A stretch of 63,973 nucleotides of DNA, the filler included, from Choristocarpus tenellus KU-1152 (lineage: Eukaryota > Protista > Phaeophyceae), in the NCBI GenBank assembly GCA_964200185.2. It is 7 parts of 7 records of this genome, joined end to end, with 100 filler letters (N's around TTAATTAATTAA, not from the genome) between each part and the next. Parts side by side here need not be neighbours in the genome. Positions count along the whole stretch, not along the records: positions 24,143 to 47,814 come from CAXNAD020000239.1; positions 47,915 to 50,621 come from CAXNAD020025450.1; positions 50,722 to 55,588 come from CAXNAD020012734.1; 4 more parts are not named here. The stretch is one strand, 5' to 3'. Every line of letters begins with the position of its first letter. Position 1 is the first letter of the stretch. The translations under genes and the position numbers were made by a program. Positions 40,638 to 53,430 of this stretch are shown one piece after another. The notes beneath the pieces were generated by a model. That model worked only from the letters and a program-made list of their open reading frames with translations, had not been told where the DNA came from and ran no database searches.

Positions 40638-43600
40638 ATGGGAGACATAGATGCAGCTGCTGCTCGTATCCAGGCCATCCAGCGGGGAAGATTGGGTCGG
40701 TTGGCATGTGCTCGAAGGAGAAGGAGCAATGATAATCGAGAAAGAACGGCAAGGGCGAAGAGAGAGCAAGCAGCAATTAAAATTCAGGTTTGAATCTCTT
40801 ATCATAGAACAGGTGATCAGTTTTCCCATATCATCATCATCACCTAAACAGATTTATCATGATACTTGTATTTGCATTTTTCCCCTCATCCGCTGGTCTT
40901 GTTACCGTGCTTATCGAGTGGGTGAACGACCACCTTTGCGATTCATACTCCGAAGTACTCATTCCCCTTGGTTAAAGTTACCTCCTATAACAATATTCTG
41001 CACCATTTGATGCTGCCTTGAAGAACGTTAATCGCATTAGGGCATTTTCACCTTAATACTCCTCAGGCCACATGTCGAGGGACGACTGGCCGTGCAAAGA
41101 CAACCCAACTTCGTGAACAGCAATTCGCTGCTGCCAGAATACAGGCACAAGTGCGAGGCAAGAAGTCTCGGAAAGAAGTAGGGAAATGCACTGCCGGTGG
41201 GGTCCCTCTCGATCGAGCGGACATTAAAAAAGGATTACATACGCTAGGTCGTAACCCACAAAACATGCAGCAGTGTTATGTTGGTTTGTATGTTGCTGGC
41301 GCAAGACTATCATCGATTGACACAATCGAGAGCTTCCCTCTCCTCCAGAGCGTGGATCTGAGTGGGAATCATATATCATGTGTGAAGTCCCTCTCGAGGC
41401 TACCTTTCCTACATAATATCAACGTCTCGCACAACTGCCTCTCCAGGTGAATGATTAAAATCGATCCTCCATGCCACCCCAACATAAACCTTCACGATAT
41501 TTGCTTTGATCCTCCTGACCCACACTGCAGCCCTCCATGGAAGAGTTTGATGAGTGTAAGACGATTACAGACACATTCATGTGTAGCCCACTAAACACTT
41601 GAGGTACAAGAGTCCAAATCTTGTTCAACTGCGCCATGTATCGCACCTTCACAGAGTTGTGCTCCCACAATATACTCAATAAGTAGTATGCCAGAACCAA
41701 CTATTGACATCTAATCAAGTATTTCCAAACACCCGAAGTACAATCGTAGACTTCAAATTGTAGAATATTTCCCCCCCTTTTTAAGGACATACATCTATTC
41801 AATTGATCAACTTAATTCTCAGCTCCCATTCCCTCTGAGGTGATTTGTCCGTTAAAAAATTTCATCCTACTGAATTTTCGGATCGCTCCATCTGTCCCAG
41901 TGTCCTCGACTACCACATACTCGAGGACGAAGACTTTTCCTGGCATGCCGACGAGCAATGGTTACATGACTGGATGCCAGAAGCGATTCATTCCTCATCT
42001 ATGCTTCACAACGCCAACCTTTCTTTTAACAGGTGAAGATGCCATAAGCAATGAGGATCGGCATTCTAATTTCTTGCGCAAAACATTAGGACTCTTGAGT
42101 GCACGTGGTAAAGGACAACAGACCTAAATGTGATTGTGGAAGGATTACATCAACACTGTCAGTTGATGTTTGGAAGACCATTATATTTTCCTTTGCTTAC
42201 CTCTCAAATCGTCAAATAGTTGACAGATGTTGGACCAAAATCCAGGGAAGGAATCTAGAACGAACAAATTGAGCATCTTTTTTGCTTCTGTGCACCAAAG
42301 CAACAACAGCACCCTCTACATGGGTGAAACAGCTCGCCATCAACATCGTTCAATCAACGAGATAGCCCTGAAAGGGTTTGAGAGAAGGACATAGATATCT
42401 AAACAGATTCGTATTTCTGCTGTCCTTTTCTTATGTTGGTATGGGATATTGAGGGATCAGCACAATTTCAAGAGGAAAGCAGTGACACTTCCCCTCCCCC
42501 CTGTCATGAAACGATCCTGACTGCGACAATATCGTTGGCTTCCAGCATTGGTCAGATCAATGATCTGTCACACCACAAGTACCTCCAAGTACTGGACCTT
42601 TCCCACAATGCTATCAAGGTCATCAGCGGCCTCTCTCAACTCAGTTGCCTCAGGATTCTTCGGCTGAATCACAACAAGATAACTGCTATTCATGGACTTG
42701 ATGGTAAGTATGGAGGGTTTGAGATGCTTTTCTTAGATCAGATTAATTTATCAGGGGGAACCTTGTTAAGGACAAATTTGAAATAAGCTACTTGGAGCAG
42801 TCCTGCTATAATCATTAACTAGATTGTGGCATATTATACAGAGAGGAATGTCCATAGATTGCAGTTTTGGAGAAGTGAGAATCCATCTTAGGCAAAGAAC
42901 TTCAAGCACCCTGGCTGCGTTTGTCCATACCATTGAATGGACATCATGACAGGAAAGCATGCATATTTCTTCAAAGAGAGTGACAGTAAAAATATTCTCT
43001 CAGTAAGGAGATTTGTATAGCACCTGTCCCTTCAACCACAGTACTCCAGCAACTCTATTTTGGCTCTGTATCTCATTCCGCCCAAGGTGTGAAATCCAGC
43101 GCCAAGGCAGATCTTTTGTCTGAATATAACCAACTAGATGACAATTCCAATGAGTCAAAGTAAAGGAGAAGCATCTAGAGATGCATTTAAAGGATGCTGA
43201 CAACAATTTGTGAAATTTGGCACTTTTTACAAATGTGTTTATGATTTTCTGAATTGCATCAGAAGGGTTTTGAACATTGGAGAAATAAACGCTCTCAATT
43301 CAAGCATAAAAAAATCATCCATAGAAATATGGATGAATTGCAAAAATTGGAAAACAGACATGAAATGCAATACCTCTCGTATAAACTGGCTCGATGAAAG
43401 TAATCACTAAACGAATTACAACTCCACCAATGCATGAAAAAAAATCCTTCATTATTTACTGCCCACCACTCCAAATTCTGTTGGAGTTTAGTTGTTGGGA
43501 AAACAAACTGGTGGAGAATTGCCAATAAGGGCGATCAATCACTCTGAAGCTTGCATTTCTTACCTGTCCATTTCTTCAACTATAGAGATTTCTCCTGACG

Positions 43601-46461
43601 TGGTAGATAGACTTTTGGAGACCAACGTGTTCGATATTTGAGAGCACTGAGCTCATACAGAGTTCTTTCTAAGCAAAGCAGCATATTTTCCTTTCAAAGA
43701 GACCCTTTGAGTCGAAGTATCTTAGAGGGTAGGGCCGCGTCCGTTTGGGGTCAAAATCCAATGTTGCGATTTGGATGTAATTTTGGCTATTGTGTTTGTT
43801 TTGGAAGTCTCAATATCCTTGTTCCAGAGACACATTTTCATAATGTATACATTTTATCTATTCTGAACATTTCGGATTAGGTAAAATGTCATAAAAAAGA
43901 TGTGGGAAGCCAAGCCCCAAACAGACAAACAGGGCAAAACTTGTACCTGCTAAGAAAATTTCACTCTTTTGGGGTTGGAAAGGAGCACCGTTTGCACTTT
44001 TGGTGTTTGCTTTCCAAATTTTCCAGTCCAGTAACTCCATCAAAATCGTTGTCCACCTTGGCTGTTTCCTGTCTGTTGCCTGACTGGTTGGGGCCTTCTG
44101 CCTTTTGCCCCAAATTCCACAACTATGAGGTACATATCTCTTCACTTTTCCTAACCCTTAAGTTCAACAAATCGTACCTAATACCATGTTTAGAATTACA
44201 TCGATTTGCTTGCACCCAGAGCTATATACTGGGCAAGCATTTATCTCTCATGGATAATTGGCTTGGTTTGAACCCAGTAATCTCAGTAACTAATGAACTG
44301 GAGAAGGTTGCACCAGGGAGGGAAAAGGAGGGGAAGCTCCAGTAGTTAGTAGCTATTACGATCCAGCAGCACCAGGAGGAAAGGAACAGCGGGGGTGTGT
44401 GCCTTGTTAAACTCAGGGGGACTGTGCTCACCTTTTTGAGCAACTCTTGTACCTCACTTGCAACTACACCAATTAATTGTCTACATCACTTCATACTACA
44501 GCACTGTGGGGTTTGTGCATAACTTAGAGCTTCAAAGTGGATAACAGGGAAATTGAACTACTGAAGCCATTACAGGCCAGGGCCCTGCCAGACAGCATAA
44601 TGAAATAAAGAAAAAAAAGTATGTAGTAACTTTCGGGGTCAGTTTTCCCCTCAATAGAGTTTGGTGAAGTGGTTGGACTACAGGTAGAAGAGAAGGGAGG
44701 GATGTGTGTCTAAAGCCACAAATACCTACTTCTTTATGTCAAGCTAGGGGCAACCATTACAGTATATTACAGATACCATTCCTGTTCCCCTACTGTCTTC
44801 AGCATTTGATACGCCCACCACGCCTGGACTCTCATTGTCTATATCTACAGCTACGCCTACCACCTATCTACCACCCATCTGTATCCCCAACCCCGCCACC
44901 ATCCAGGAGTGTGCAAGGTACAATGTGTGCTCTTTCAAAACTCTTACGTGCTGTGCTGTTGGTCGAATCTTGTGCATCAAGAGGGTCAAGCATGTTGTTG
45001 CAGTAGGCAGAGTTGGAATTGGCACAATTAGAAAAATATTAGAATTAAAGATGATGGTCAGCATCCAAAATCAAGGGGTTGCAATGAGCATTTGTTTTCT
45101 TGAGTGAATATGTGCTGCTGAGTAATATACTGGCAGAGCTCCATAGTACTCAGCACTTTGTGTCAAGCAACTATTATGTTCTATTTGCATGTTTTGGTTC
45201 AATTGAGTACTTTGAAAGTCCTTGAACTAAGATAATTTGTAGTAACTAACCCTTTTGATTGACAACACTAGATAACCACATGAGCATATCCTGCTGCTGT
45301 TGGCTTGGAAATCACAGGCCTGCCACTGATGGAGTTGAATCTGGAGAGCAACTCCCTCTCGAGAGTGGAGAATGTCAGCAGAGCACAACTGCCAAGCCTT
45401 AGAAAGCTATATTTAGGTCACAATACCATCACAAATTTGGCAGGGCTGCAGGATTGCCCTTCACTTGCCATTCTGGACATTCAGTATAACGAGTGAGCCT
45501 CTTTTTGCTTCCCTTACAAAAAAAGGAGAAAAACATGGCAGAATATACAAACTTTGGGCTCGATGATCTGTCTTACTGGAGGGCTAATCCCTATCTTCCA
45601 AGTCTGAAGCTATTGAATTTCTCTAATGCTTATCTTACACCGTCTCTCTCTTTTTATCCCCTCCTACAATTTCATCTCCTTCTCGTTTCCTGGGTCGTGA
45701 AGGGTGTCTGAAGTGCGACAAGTGGAGTTTTTGCAGTCTTTGCCGCTCTTACATACACTCATCCTGGAAGGAAATCCCATTGACCGACTCGAGGCATATC
45801 GTCAGAGGGTGTTATTCCGACTACAGCGGCTCATCATCCTTGACAGGAACAAGGTCGGTTTCTTGTCATTGTTCTCCTTGAGCATACGTAGTTTTGTAAT
45901 GAACTCATTTGTTGGGGTTAAGACTGTCGAAATGCTTGCAGGTAGCCTGAGAGTTCTACCATTTTGCATTAGTTCTTCTCAGTTGTAGTTACTTGAGTCA
46001 AATGAATTGCTGCCACACAAAGAATGGTGGGAGTTGAAGTGGTGTCCACGAAACTCTGTTCTGAAGTGGATATACAAATTATGTATCGAAACTTATTTCC
46101 AGGTGTAAGCTTTCTCAACTCCCTATGGGGTTTTCCAATAATACTTTATGGACATGAAGGGTATGCTTGTTTTGACAGTTGTGGGTTAGTCCTTTCATTT
46201 GTGCTTTTGCTAGGTTTTCAGATGTAAATTTGCAACATTTTCTTCTGTGAATGGCACCAGCAAGTAGGCCAACAATAATGCAGATAACAGATGTCCAATA
46301 AATATGCCGAACTTACCCTTCTTAGCACCAAAAAACCCTGCACACTGTTGTGGTACATTTTGGTGGCAATACGTATTTCTTATCAGGTGCCTCCAGAGGA
46401 GAAGGTGAAGGCCATTAACCTCATGGGAGAGGAAGACAGCGATCTACAAAACAGGAAGCAG
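40638..46461 (+). CDS. IQ-motif + SDS22-type leucine-rich-repeat protein (LRGUK/LRRC23-like, probably flagellar); 3' end not found. Exons: 40638-40787, 41067-41446, 41901-42032, 42546-42703, 45318-45492, 45703-45853, 46387-46461
   Basis: Three IQ motifs (IQAIQRGR, IQATCRG, IQAQVRG), then GLHTLGR, LRRs (LQSVDLSGNHI, LQVLDLSHNAI, LRILRLNHNKI, LRKLYLGHNTI), LRR cap LEGNPI...YRQRVLFRLQRLIILD and EEKVKAIN. Phases are consistent. Confidence 0.85.
43709..43966. mobile_element. MITE, ~258 bp, in LRR-gene intron (reverse copy of 61187-61447)
   Basis: Ends GAGTCGAAGTATCTTAGAGGGTAG / TAAGAAAATTTCACTC; TSD TTT; internal similarity to the copies at 61187 and 62506. Confidence 0.85.
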
Positions 46462-47774
46462 GTGAAAGGTAGAAAAGAGAAGGCATTCTGTAGTGTGGGT
46501 AAGGGACAACAGAGTAGATCATCCGTATAAAAAGGTGAGTGCTCCCGGAGTTCTCATGTTTCTGGATGCACCAAGTGACACCAGATGTGTTGATAGTAAA
46601 ACTCCTTACCAGACAGCGATATCAAAACAATGTTAAGTATGGATCGGTTTGTCTCAATAGTGTTGGTCCAGACAATTGTCGGAATGATCCCTTCAAAATC
46701 GATTCGATCGCTACTCCCTCAACTGAACTGAAGGAATCAACATGACATATCAAGAGGTTAGATCCAAATGGATATTTTTCTCGTATTTGTGAGTATTGTG
46801 CCCTCAATATCACAGTACCCCACAATCTTGGGGCTTCTCATGCCTTGCTTTGTGCTATGTGTGCATGTTTCAAATGTGATCGAGTACTGAGAAGGTTGAT
46901 GAGTCAATTTAGTTCGAGCTCACCAAAACCTTTGATCCACAACACCGAGCTGTTTGGTAGATCAGATTGTGTAATCGGGAAATAGTGGCAACAGGAAGAT
47001 CCAGTTCTGCCTGACCTTTAGGTAGTTGTATGTTGGTAAATTGGTTGCGTGGACCACCTAGCAACCAAATAGGAAGATTGAGTGGGCATTACCTTCAACT
47101 CTCTTTTTCATATATTCCACCTTCAAGGCCTGAATTGTAAGTGGTGTTGTTCATGTGATGGGTCTTCCCTCTGACAAGGATGGGAATGAAAACATCATGG
47201 CATGAAGGTGGTGCAAGGGAAGTCTTGGATGTTACCGCCCTGTATGCAGCCTTGGCATTAGGTTGAACTGGGATGTTCTCTTCTTTTGTTATTGTGTGAC
47301 AAGGGATATTTGTTTGGGAGGCTGCTTCTACCCACAGTGAGACAACCCTGTGCTTGTTGGTTCTGTCGAAAATAGGAGAGATTGTTCCCTACCTGAATCT
47401 CTGATGACGTTTTTAGTCTCTCCCTAGTTTGCATAATTCTCCTCCATACACATCTGAATAGTTTCAATTCACCTTTCTAATATGTTTCCCGAGGGTTTTT
47501 TTCCTAGGGGTCCAGGTCTTTTCTTGAGATACTATCCCACCCTACCCAAATATTTGGATCAGGATTCTTCAAGGGCCTACTACTAATATCTTTTCCACAT
47601 TGGGGGGGATTGCACTGTATGAATGGTAGACCTGTTTGCTCTGACAATACCTCAATTCACATACTTCTACATGGTACTGTTGTTTGTAATATACTTATAT
47701 TCTGGGCAGCTTCTGACTTGCTAGAGTCTAGATCTTCTACCTGTCCCTTTACCTGTCACTGTGACACTGTCCCA

Positions 47775-47814
47775 GGCTCAAAGTATCTGGGAGGGGGTGG
47801 CGGCTGTCCATTTG
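47775..47814. mobile_element. MITE terminus truncated at contig end
   Basis: GGCTCAAAGTATCTGGGAGGGGGTGGCGGCTGTCCATT closely matches 24187 onward. Confidence 0.75.
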
Positions 47815-47914
47815 NNNNNNNNNNNNNNNNNNNNNNNNNNNNNNNNNNNNNNNNNNNNTTAATTAATTAANNNNNNNNNNNNNNNNNNNNNNNNNNNNNN
47901 NNNNNNNNNNNNNN
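47815..47914. other. Artificial contig spacer
   Basis: N44-TTAATTAATTAA-N44. Confidence 0.98.
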
Positions 47915-48129
47915 TGTATCTCCAGAGTGTAAACCCCTGTAGCCTATCTTCGATTGTTCAGCTATCCTGGCCGACCTCCTTTCCTCAGTAGGTGAACTTG
48001 TCAAGTTCTTGCTTGGGGCTGTTGCTCGCTGTTGCTCGCTGTTGCTCGCGGTATCGGATCAGCTGCACTATCAAAATCCCCATCAGAGTCTGTATCATTA
48101 TCAGAGATATCGTCACTGTTGGTCAAAGT

Positions 48130-48980
48130 CATGGTCCCTAATCAATCGGGAAGAGGCTGGCATCACACTGGACCAGCGTTTCTACACAGAAAGCATTGTT
48201 CGTGAGGGAATGGGATCAACAGAAGTACGGAATACCTCATCACCCTTAAACCCAGGAATGGACCTGACCCCAAAGAAACCTGATGAGGAGGAGCTGGACC
48301 AGAGGTACAGATCTTACCACACCATTTGGGGGAAACTTATGTTCCTAGCTGGCATGACACAACCAGACCTGTCCAACAGTGTACGGGAGCTGGGAAGATA
48401 CGCAGCATCTCAGCGTAATCCACACTGGAGAGGGCTGCAACATGTTCTACGATATGTTCCAGGCGCCATAAAAGTAAGGATACACTATCCGGCTGGTGGT
48501 GAATTGGACAACAGGGGCTTGATCGAGTATGGAGGCTCAGACTAGGGTAATGACACTGCCTCAAGATGACGTGTTACAGGGTATCTATTCCTAATGAAAA
48601 GAGTACCGATTTCATAGCAATCCAAGATGCAAGGAGCTGTAACCACATCTTCCTCAGAAGCGGAGTGGACGGCAATGGTGCATAGAATGACACATGCAAT
48701 ATTCTTCAGAGGAATCCTTGGGGAGCTGGGCATACATCAAGGGGTCACGACTTGGTATGGGGACAACCGAAGTGCAATCCAAGCAGGGATGACAGAAGGG
48801 CTTAATGGAAGGACAAGGCATGTCGACATCAAGCTGAAATGCACCAGGGAGTATGTCGTCAGCCAAGGAATTTTTACAGTGAAGTATATACCCAAAGCAC
48901 TACAACTTGCAGACATATTGACAACGAGATTACTCGACACGCAGGTAGAAGACTTTGTAGACACTGTGTTGACAAGATAA
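48130..48980 (+). pseudogene. Degenerate Ty1/Copia reverse transcriptase C-terminus and RNase H
   Basis: ITLDQRFY, GKLMFLAGMTQPDLSNSVREL, HWRGLQHVLRY, SD*G, VTTSSSEAEW, GDNRSAI, RTRHVDIK, QLADILT; in-frame stops. Confidence 0.92.
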
Positions 48981-49539
48981 ATGTCATGTGTGTGAGAGCT
49001 GAAGCAATCTGTGTTCTACAACAATAGGACAATAGAAAGGTGTACCCTACTTCGTGCATGTGAGATTATGGAATTGGATTGAGTCCATGTGATGTAACTA
49101 ATGAGATAGTACATCCAGATTATGTATGGGGGTTATGGATGATGGATGGATTTGGTTCTGGAGTTAAACTACTCTGACATAACCAATGACTTATGAATGG
49201 AGCACAAATAATAATAAGACAACCAATAAGAAGACATCCCACATGGTCACTCTTCTAATTCATCCGCTCATTCTTTTCACATTCAGCAAAGGGGGTCGTT
49301 TGAGGCTCCACACCTCCTTATCTTCACTTCTAATAAAATAGAAATACTTTCAAGGTTAATTGCACACTCTTGCACCTAGGACCATTCCCTTGTAGAAGAG
49401 GTCACGTAAGGTCAACTGAGGAGGTGACCACTGTACGACTAGTCGCTGCACGTACCCTGACACAACAAGATCGTGTGCCAGGGGTGAGATCAACACACTC
49501 GAAAAATGCTTCAAGTGTGGGTTGAACAAGCATGCCAGT

Positions 49540-50270
49540 CTTTGCACTTTTGAAGGGCCGTGCTACAGCTGTGGGGGTAATGAACACCTGCAGTTTGTTT
49601 GTGGCCAGCAGAGGACGATACCATCCATTGAGTCATATGAATTAGCTGGTCCAGAGTTGGAACCAGCAAAGGAATTTTTTTTTATCGCTAGGGAGAGCAA
49701 TGCCGTCAAATGAGGTGAACTAGTTAGCTGGACCGGGGTTGGAACTAGTACGGAAAAACAGAGAAGTAGATTTAAGGCCACGTTAACTGCTGTTGCCGAC
49801 CATGCCAAGGTGAGCATGTCTGGTTTAGAGAGATGGCGCTTTGATTCAGGGGCATCGAACGGTGTGACTAACAACCTGACTAACGTATGCAATTGCACAC
49901 CATGCCCAGAAGACCACAAAATGACAGTGGCCGATGTCACATCATCACCCATCATGGGACATGGTATGCTCAACCGTAACTTTAATGTAGGCTATGATGC
50001 ATGGGTACATGTTACTATAGAGTCTGTCGCTCTTGTCCCCAATCTAGCATCCAACCTCCTATCCTCACGCTCTGCCTATAAGGTTGATGAAGTCCCTAGT
50101 AAGGGGACTATTGACGCCTTTTTTCATAATTGATGGGGAGGGTCTTCCACTTATTTTTGAGTGGGATGGTGATATATACTCGGCACATGCCATGCATTTG
50201 AAATCCCCCAAATCATATGTTCCCCTGTTGAGGAAGGGGAAAACTCTTGCTATCTGCAATCCCCCATCTT
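49540..50270 (+). pseudogene. Second Copia remnant: zinc knuckle and protease
   Basis: CYSCGGNEHLQFVC; WRFDSGASNGVT; MTVAD...IMGHG; VALVPNLASNLLS. Confidence 0.8.
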
Positions 50271-50409
50271 GATAGGGGCAGTCAAGCTACATCTCTCCTT
50301 GATGAAGGGTGAGGAAAAGATGGTTATAGTCTTTTGTGTGTGGTTATCTGCGTATTTCCCTTCACATCTCCCAAGCACTAGAGGGTATCTGCTCTCAATT
50401 CCAAGAGCT

Positions 50410-50621
50410 GGGGGGTGTTGAGAATGTTATCTCTTGGCCTGATCGAGGGTACAAGGGGAATATGAGGTTGACATCTAATTTTTGGATGGAGGTATGAGAT
50501 GATGATGAGAAACTTTATCCTGGATTGGCGAGAGTTAAGGAAGTGGAGACTGCAGACCCAAAGTATCTGCGAGGGGGGGGTGTTGAGAATGTTATCTCTT
50601 GGCCTGATCGAGGGTACAAGG
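50410..50621 (+). repeat. ~46-bp direct repeat (G-run + TGTTGAGAATG...), possibly PPT/LTR start, with a MITE terminus at 50555
   Basis: GGGGGGTGTTGAGAATGTTATCTCTTGGCCTGATCGAGGGTACAAGG at ~50410 and ~50575; GACCCAAAGTATCTG at 50555. Confidence 0.55.
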
Positions 50622-50721
50622 NNNNNNNNNNNNNNNNNNNNNNNNNNNNNNNNNNNNNNNNNNNNTTAATTAATTAANNNNNNNNNNNNNNNNNNNNNNN
50701 NNNNNNNNNNNNNNNNNNNNN
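50622..50721. other. Artificial contig spacer
   Basis: N44-TTAATTAATTAA-N44. Confidence 0.98.
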
Positions 50722-51013
50722 CCTCATGCCCCACCCACCACCCCTCTTGTTGCAATAGTTGAGATGTTGAAACTGTATTCTCAATTGTTACGATGTGCTG
50801 GTCTTACTTTTGAAGGAAGGTATACAACTGAGTGTTGTGTGACATGGACTTCATGGGGAACCTAGGCAAGAGTATGATATCATGAGATGTGGAACAATGA
50901 CCCACTGGCCTCAAGATTACTTCTAAGGGGTCATTTTGTTTGTGCCATACCCTAAGTTACCCTTCTCCCCCCCCCCCCACTCATCTATTTTCCCATGTTG
51001 CTGTCAAATGCAG

Positions 51014-53430
51014 CTGCAATCATTTGTGATCCGTCTTGGACGTTCCAAGAGCGTGCAGAAGCAGCAGATGCCCCCCTGGTGGAGGGGCGAAGTTCACGAT
51101 GTTATTCTATTGGTTGCCACTTGTGTACACGGTAGGTGGACTGCTTGAATTACCAGTTGGACAAGAAATCTTAGAGGGTGCATGGTTGGGGAAAGAAAAG
51201 GAGGGTGTGGGGAGGAGACATTTGAAGACATCATGGAATCCTTAATCTTGCCCTGTGACACCATCTTGGTTGCCCTCCTTCTGCATGGGATCTGTCCCTG
51301 AGTATTTGCTTTTACATTGAGAAATGATCCCTGTTGGAGGACCTCACCACTGCTGCCCTCCCCTATCCTACCCTCAACAGGTCGCAACAAGGTTAAAGAT
51401 GTCATTCAAGACACTGCATTGACGGCTCTGTTCAAGAAGCCTTCAATGGGAAGTCAAAACTTGCTTGAGGGGAATGAGAGCAGTCAGGTACTTCAAGTGT
51501 TTGTCTAGGTAGATAGGTATTGGGCACCTTTCGTGTTGGTGGAGCGGTTGGTGCTTAGTAGGCAAAATAGTAGTGAGAGCAGCATCGTTGCTTTTATCCT
51601 CAAAGACTTGCCTTAGAGAACCTCCCCCCCTCTTCAGAGAATGCAGAGAGTTGGCTATCTTTGCCAATCATCCTGTTGCCCATGATATTTTATTCCCATC
51701 CCATTGCTGCCTTTCTTAGTTTGGTGAGAGAAGGAAGAGGGGGACTCCGAATTATTTCCCTGTGATTCAACACTAGTTTCACTAGTGAAGGGTGAAATAT
51801 TGGGAGAGGGTGGTAGAGCTTTCAGGGTCACGTACAATGGGCCTGTAGATGGCAAAGTGTTCAATTTCTGGGGTGTACCAATGTTTGGTGTCTACTAACG
51901 TTTGGTGGGTGTTCTGGCACATTGACTGCTACCTCCTCCTGTGTGACACCTTTGCCTTTTTTCATGCCCGCAATAGCTGACTTCCACCACTTGACTACCT
52001 ACCCCCACTCCTTGCATTATGGTCGGTTTTGACTACAGTGCGTGCCTTTCATCAACCGATTTCTCTTCATCTCTCTTTACATATCCCGGAAGCACAGACT
52101 TATGCAAACATGTATTTTGGCAGACTTTACTCCCCTCCAAACTCATAAATGCCTTGTGCTTTCTACACAATACGCAGGGGGTGGAAGGCTCTAAGGATGA
52201 TACACCTAGCACGGATGCTTGTACTGCTCCTACTCCCTCAGAGGACACACGGGCAAAGGGTGCCGGGGACAGTAAAGAGTTGAATGGTAGTGGTGTTGCT
52301 GTAGTCGAAGTAGCTGGTGAAGGGGGGGTGACAGCTGCCCCAGTAGGAGGCGGGGAAGCAAAACCAACATTTAGTCACAGTGCCTCCACTTTGCCAATAT
52401 CGAAGTGGGGTAGCATACCTTTCTTTGTCTCGCTGTCCACTCTGGGACTGGGAGTGACAATGGCCAAGTCAAGAATGACCCTCCTGCACAGAGAGATACT
52501 CTCACCTGCCCGAATTACAACCTCCAACAGTGACAGAGGTTGTGGTGTTGGTGGCTCAATGTGTTCAAGTGACAATAGTCCTCGTCCACCCTCAGCAATG
52601 GAAGCAGGTCCTTCACACAGTGGTGCCCAATCCCCTTCCATTGCTAGCCAGGGCAGTGGGAGTGGAAGCGGCTTCAGAGCATTGGAGAGTCCAAGGGAAG
52701 AAGCTAAGTGGGCAACTGCAGCAGGGTCTTCTACAGAACCAGAACAGTTACAGGGGCCACCTGTGCCCGTGGGAACCTCCAGGTCACCAATCCCTGGAAG
52801 CATGGAAACTGTCCCGAGGAATGAAGCATCTCCCATAAAACTGAAGGCAAGGGTCTTGGCTCACTGTCCCCCTCCTAAATCCTGCTCTGTATGGACATTT
52901 GTTGCCTCTCCTCTCACTTAGGTTGTGCCTCCTTCCCTTTGACATGTAGTTGTGTAACATTATGTGAAACTGTGGTATGTCAACAATCTTTTACCCTATT
53001 TGTGATACAGCTTGCTCTTGTGAATGTTCTTGGCTGCTGCCCAAGAAAGTATGAACACTGTGATCCTCACTTCCCCATACTAGTATCATTCCCTAAAACG
53101 TTTTGGTGATAATGTTAGGAGTGTCTAATAGCAGAGAATATAATTTGGTTGTAAGTGTGTACTGTATATACCCTGCCGTAGTTAACCACACTTCTGATTC
53201 CTCAATCACGACATGCTCCTGTGCAGACATCACATTCATCTGGGGATGTCCAAGTGATTGGAGTGAGCCCTTCGCCAACACCGCTCCCCAGTCTAGCTAC
53301 AGTACAATCTGAAGGCACTGCTTCATCAGGTCCTGAACATAGCAACAACAAACGACAAAAAATTGCTTCTCCCTCAAGTGCCTCCAAGCCCAAAATGAAA
53401 ACTTTGCACACCTTCTGGAGCAAACAGTGA
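51014..53430 (+). CDS. 3' end of a probable CHD6-9/Kismet-like chromatin remodeller. Exons: 51014-51131, 51381-51487, 52178-52846 (or -52852), 53227-53430
   Basis: MPPWWRGEVHDVILLVATCVH|GRNKVKDVIQD resembles the CHD7-type LPxWW...HDxxLLxxxxKHG SLIDE-like motif. It is followed by a long S/P/G-rich tail, NLS-like KRQK and a stop at 53430; junctions are in phase. Confidence 0.6.

Noticed and set aside
52019-52921. Stand-alone 300-aa gene
   Set aside because: Better explained as an internal exon (acceptor at 52177) of the CHD-like gene with open flanking intron sequence.
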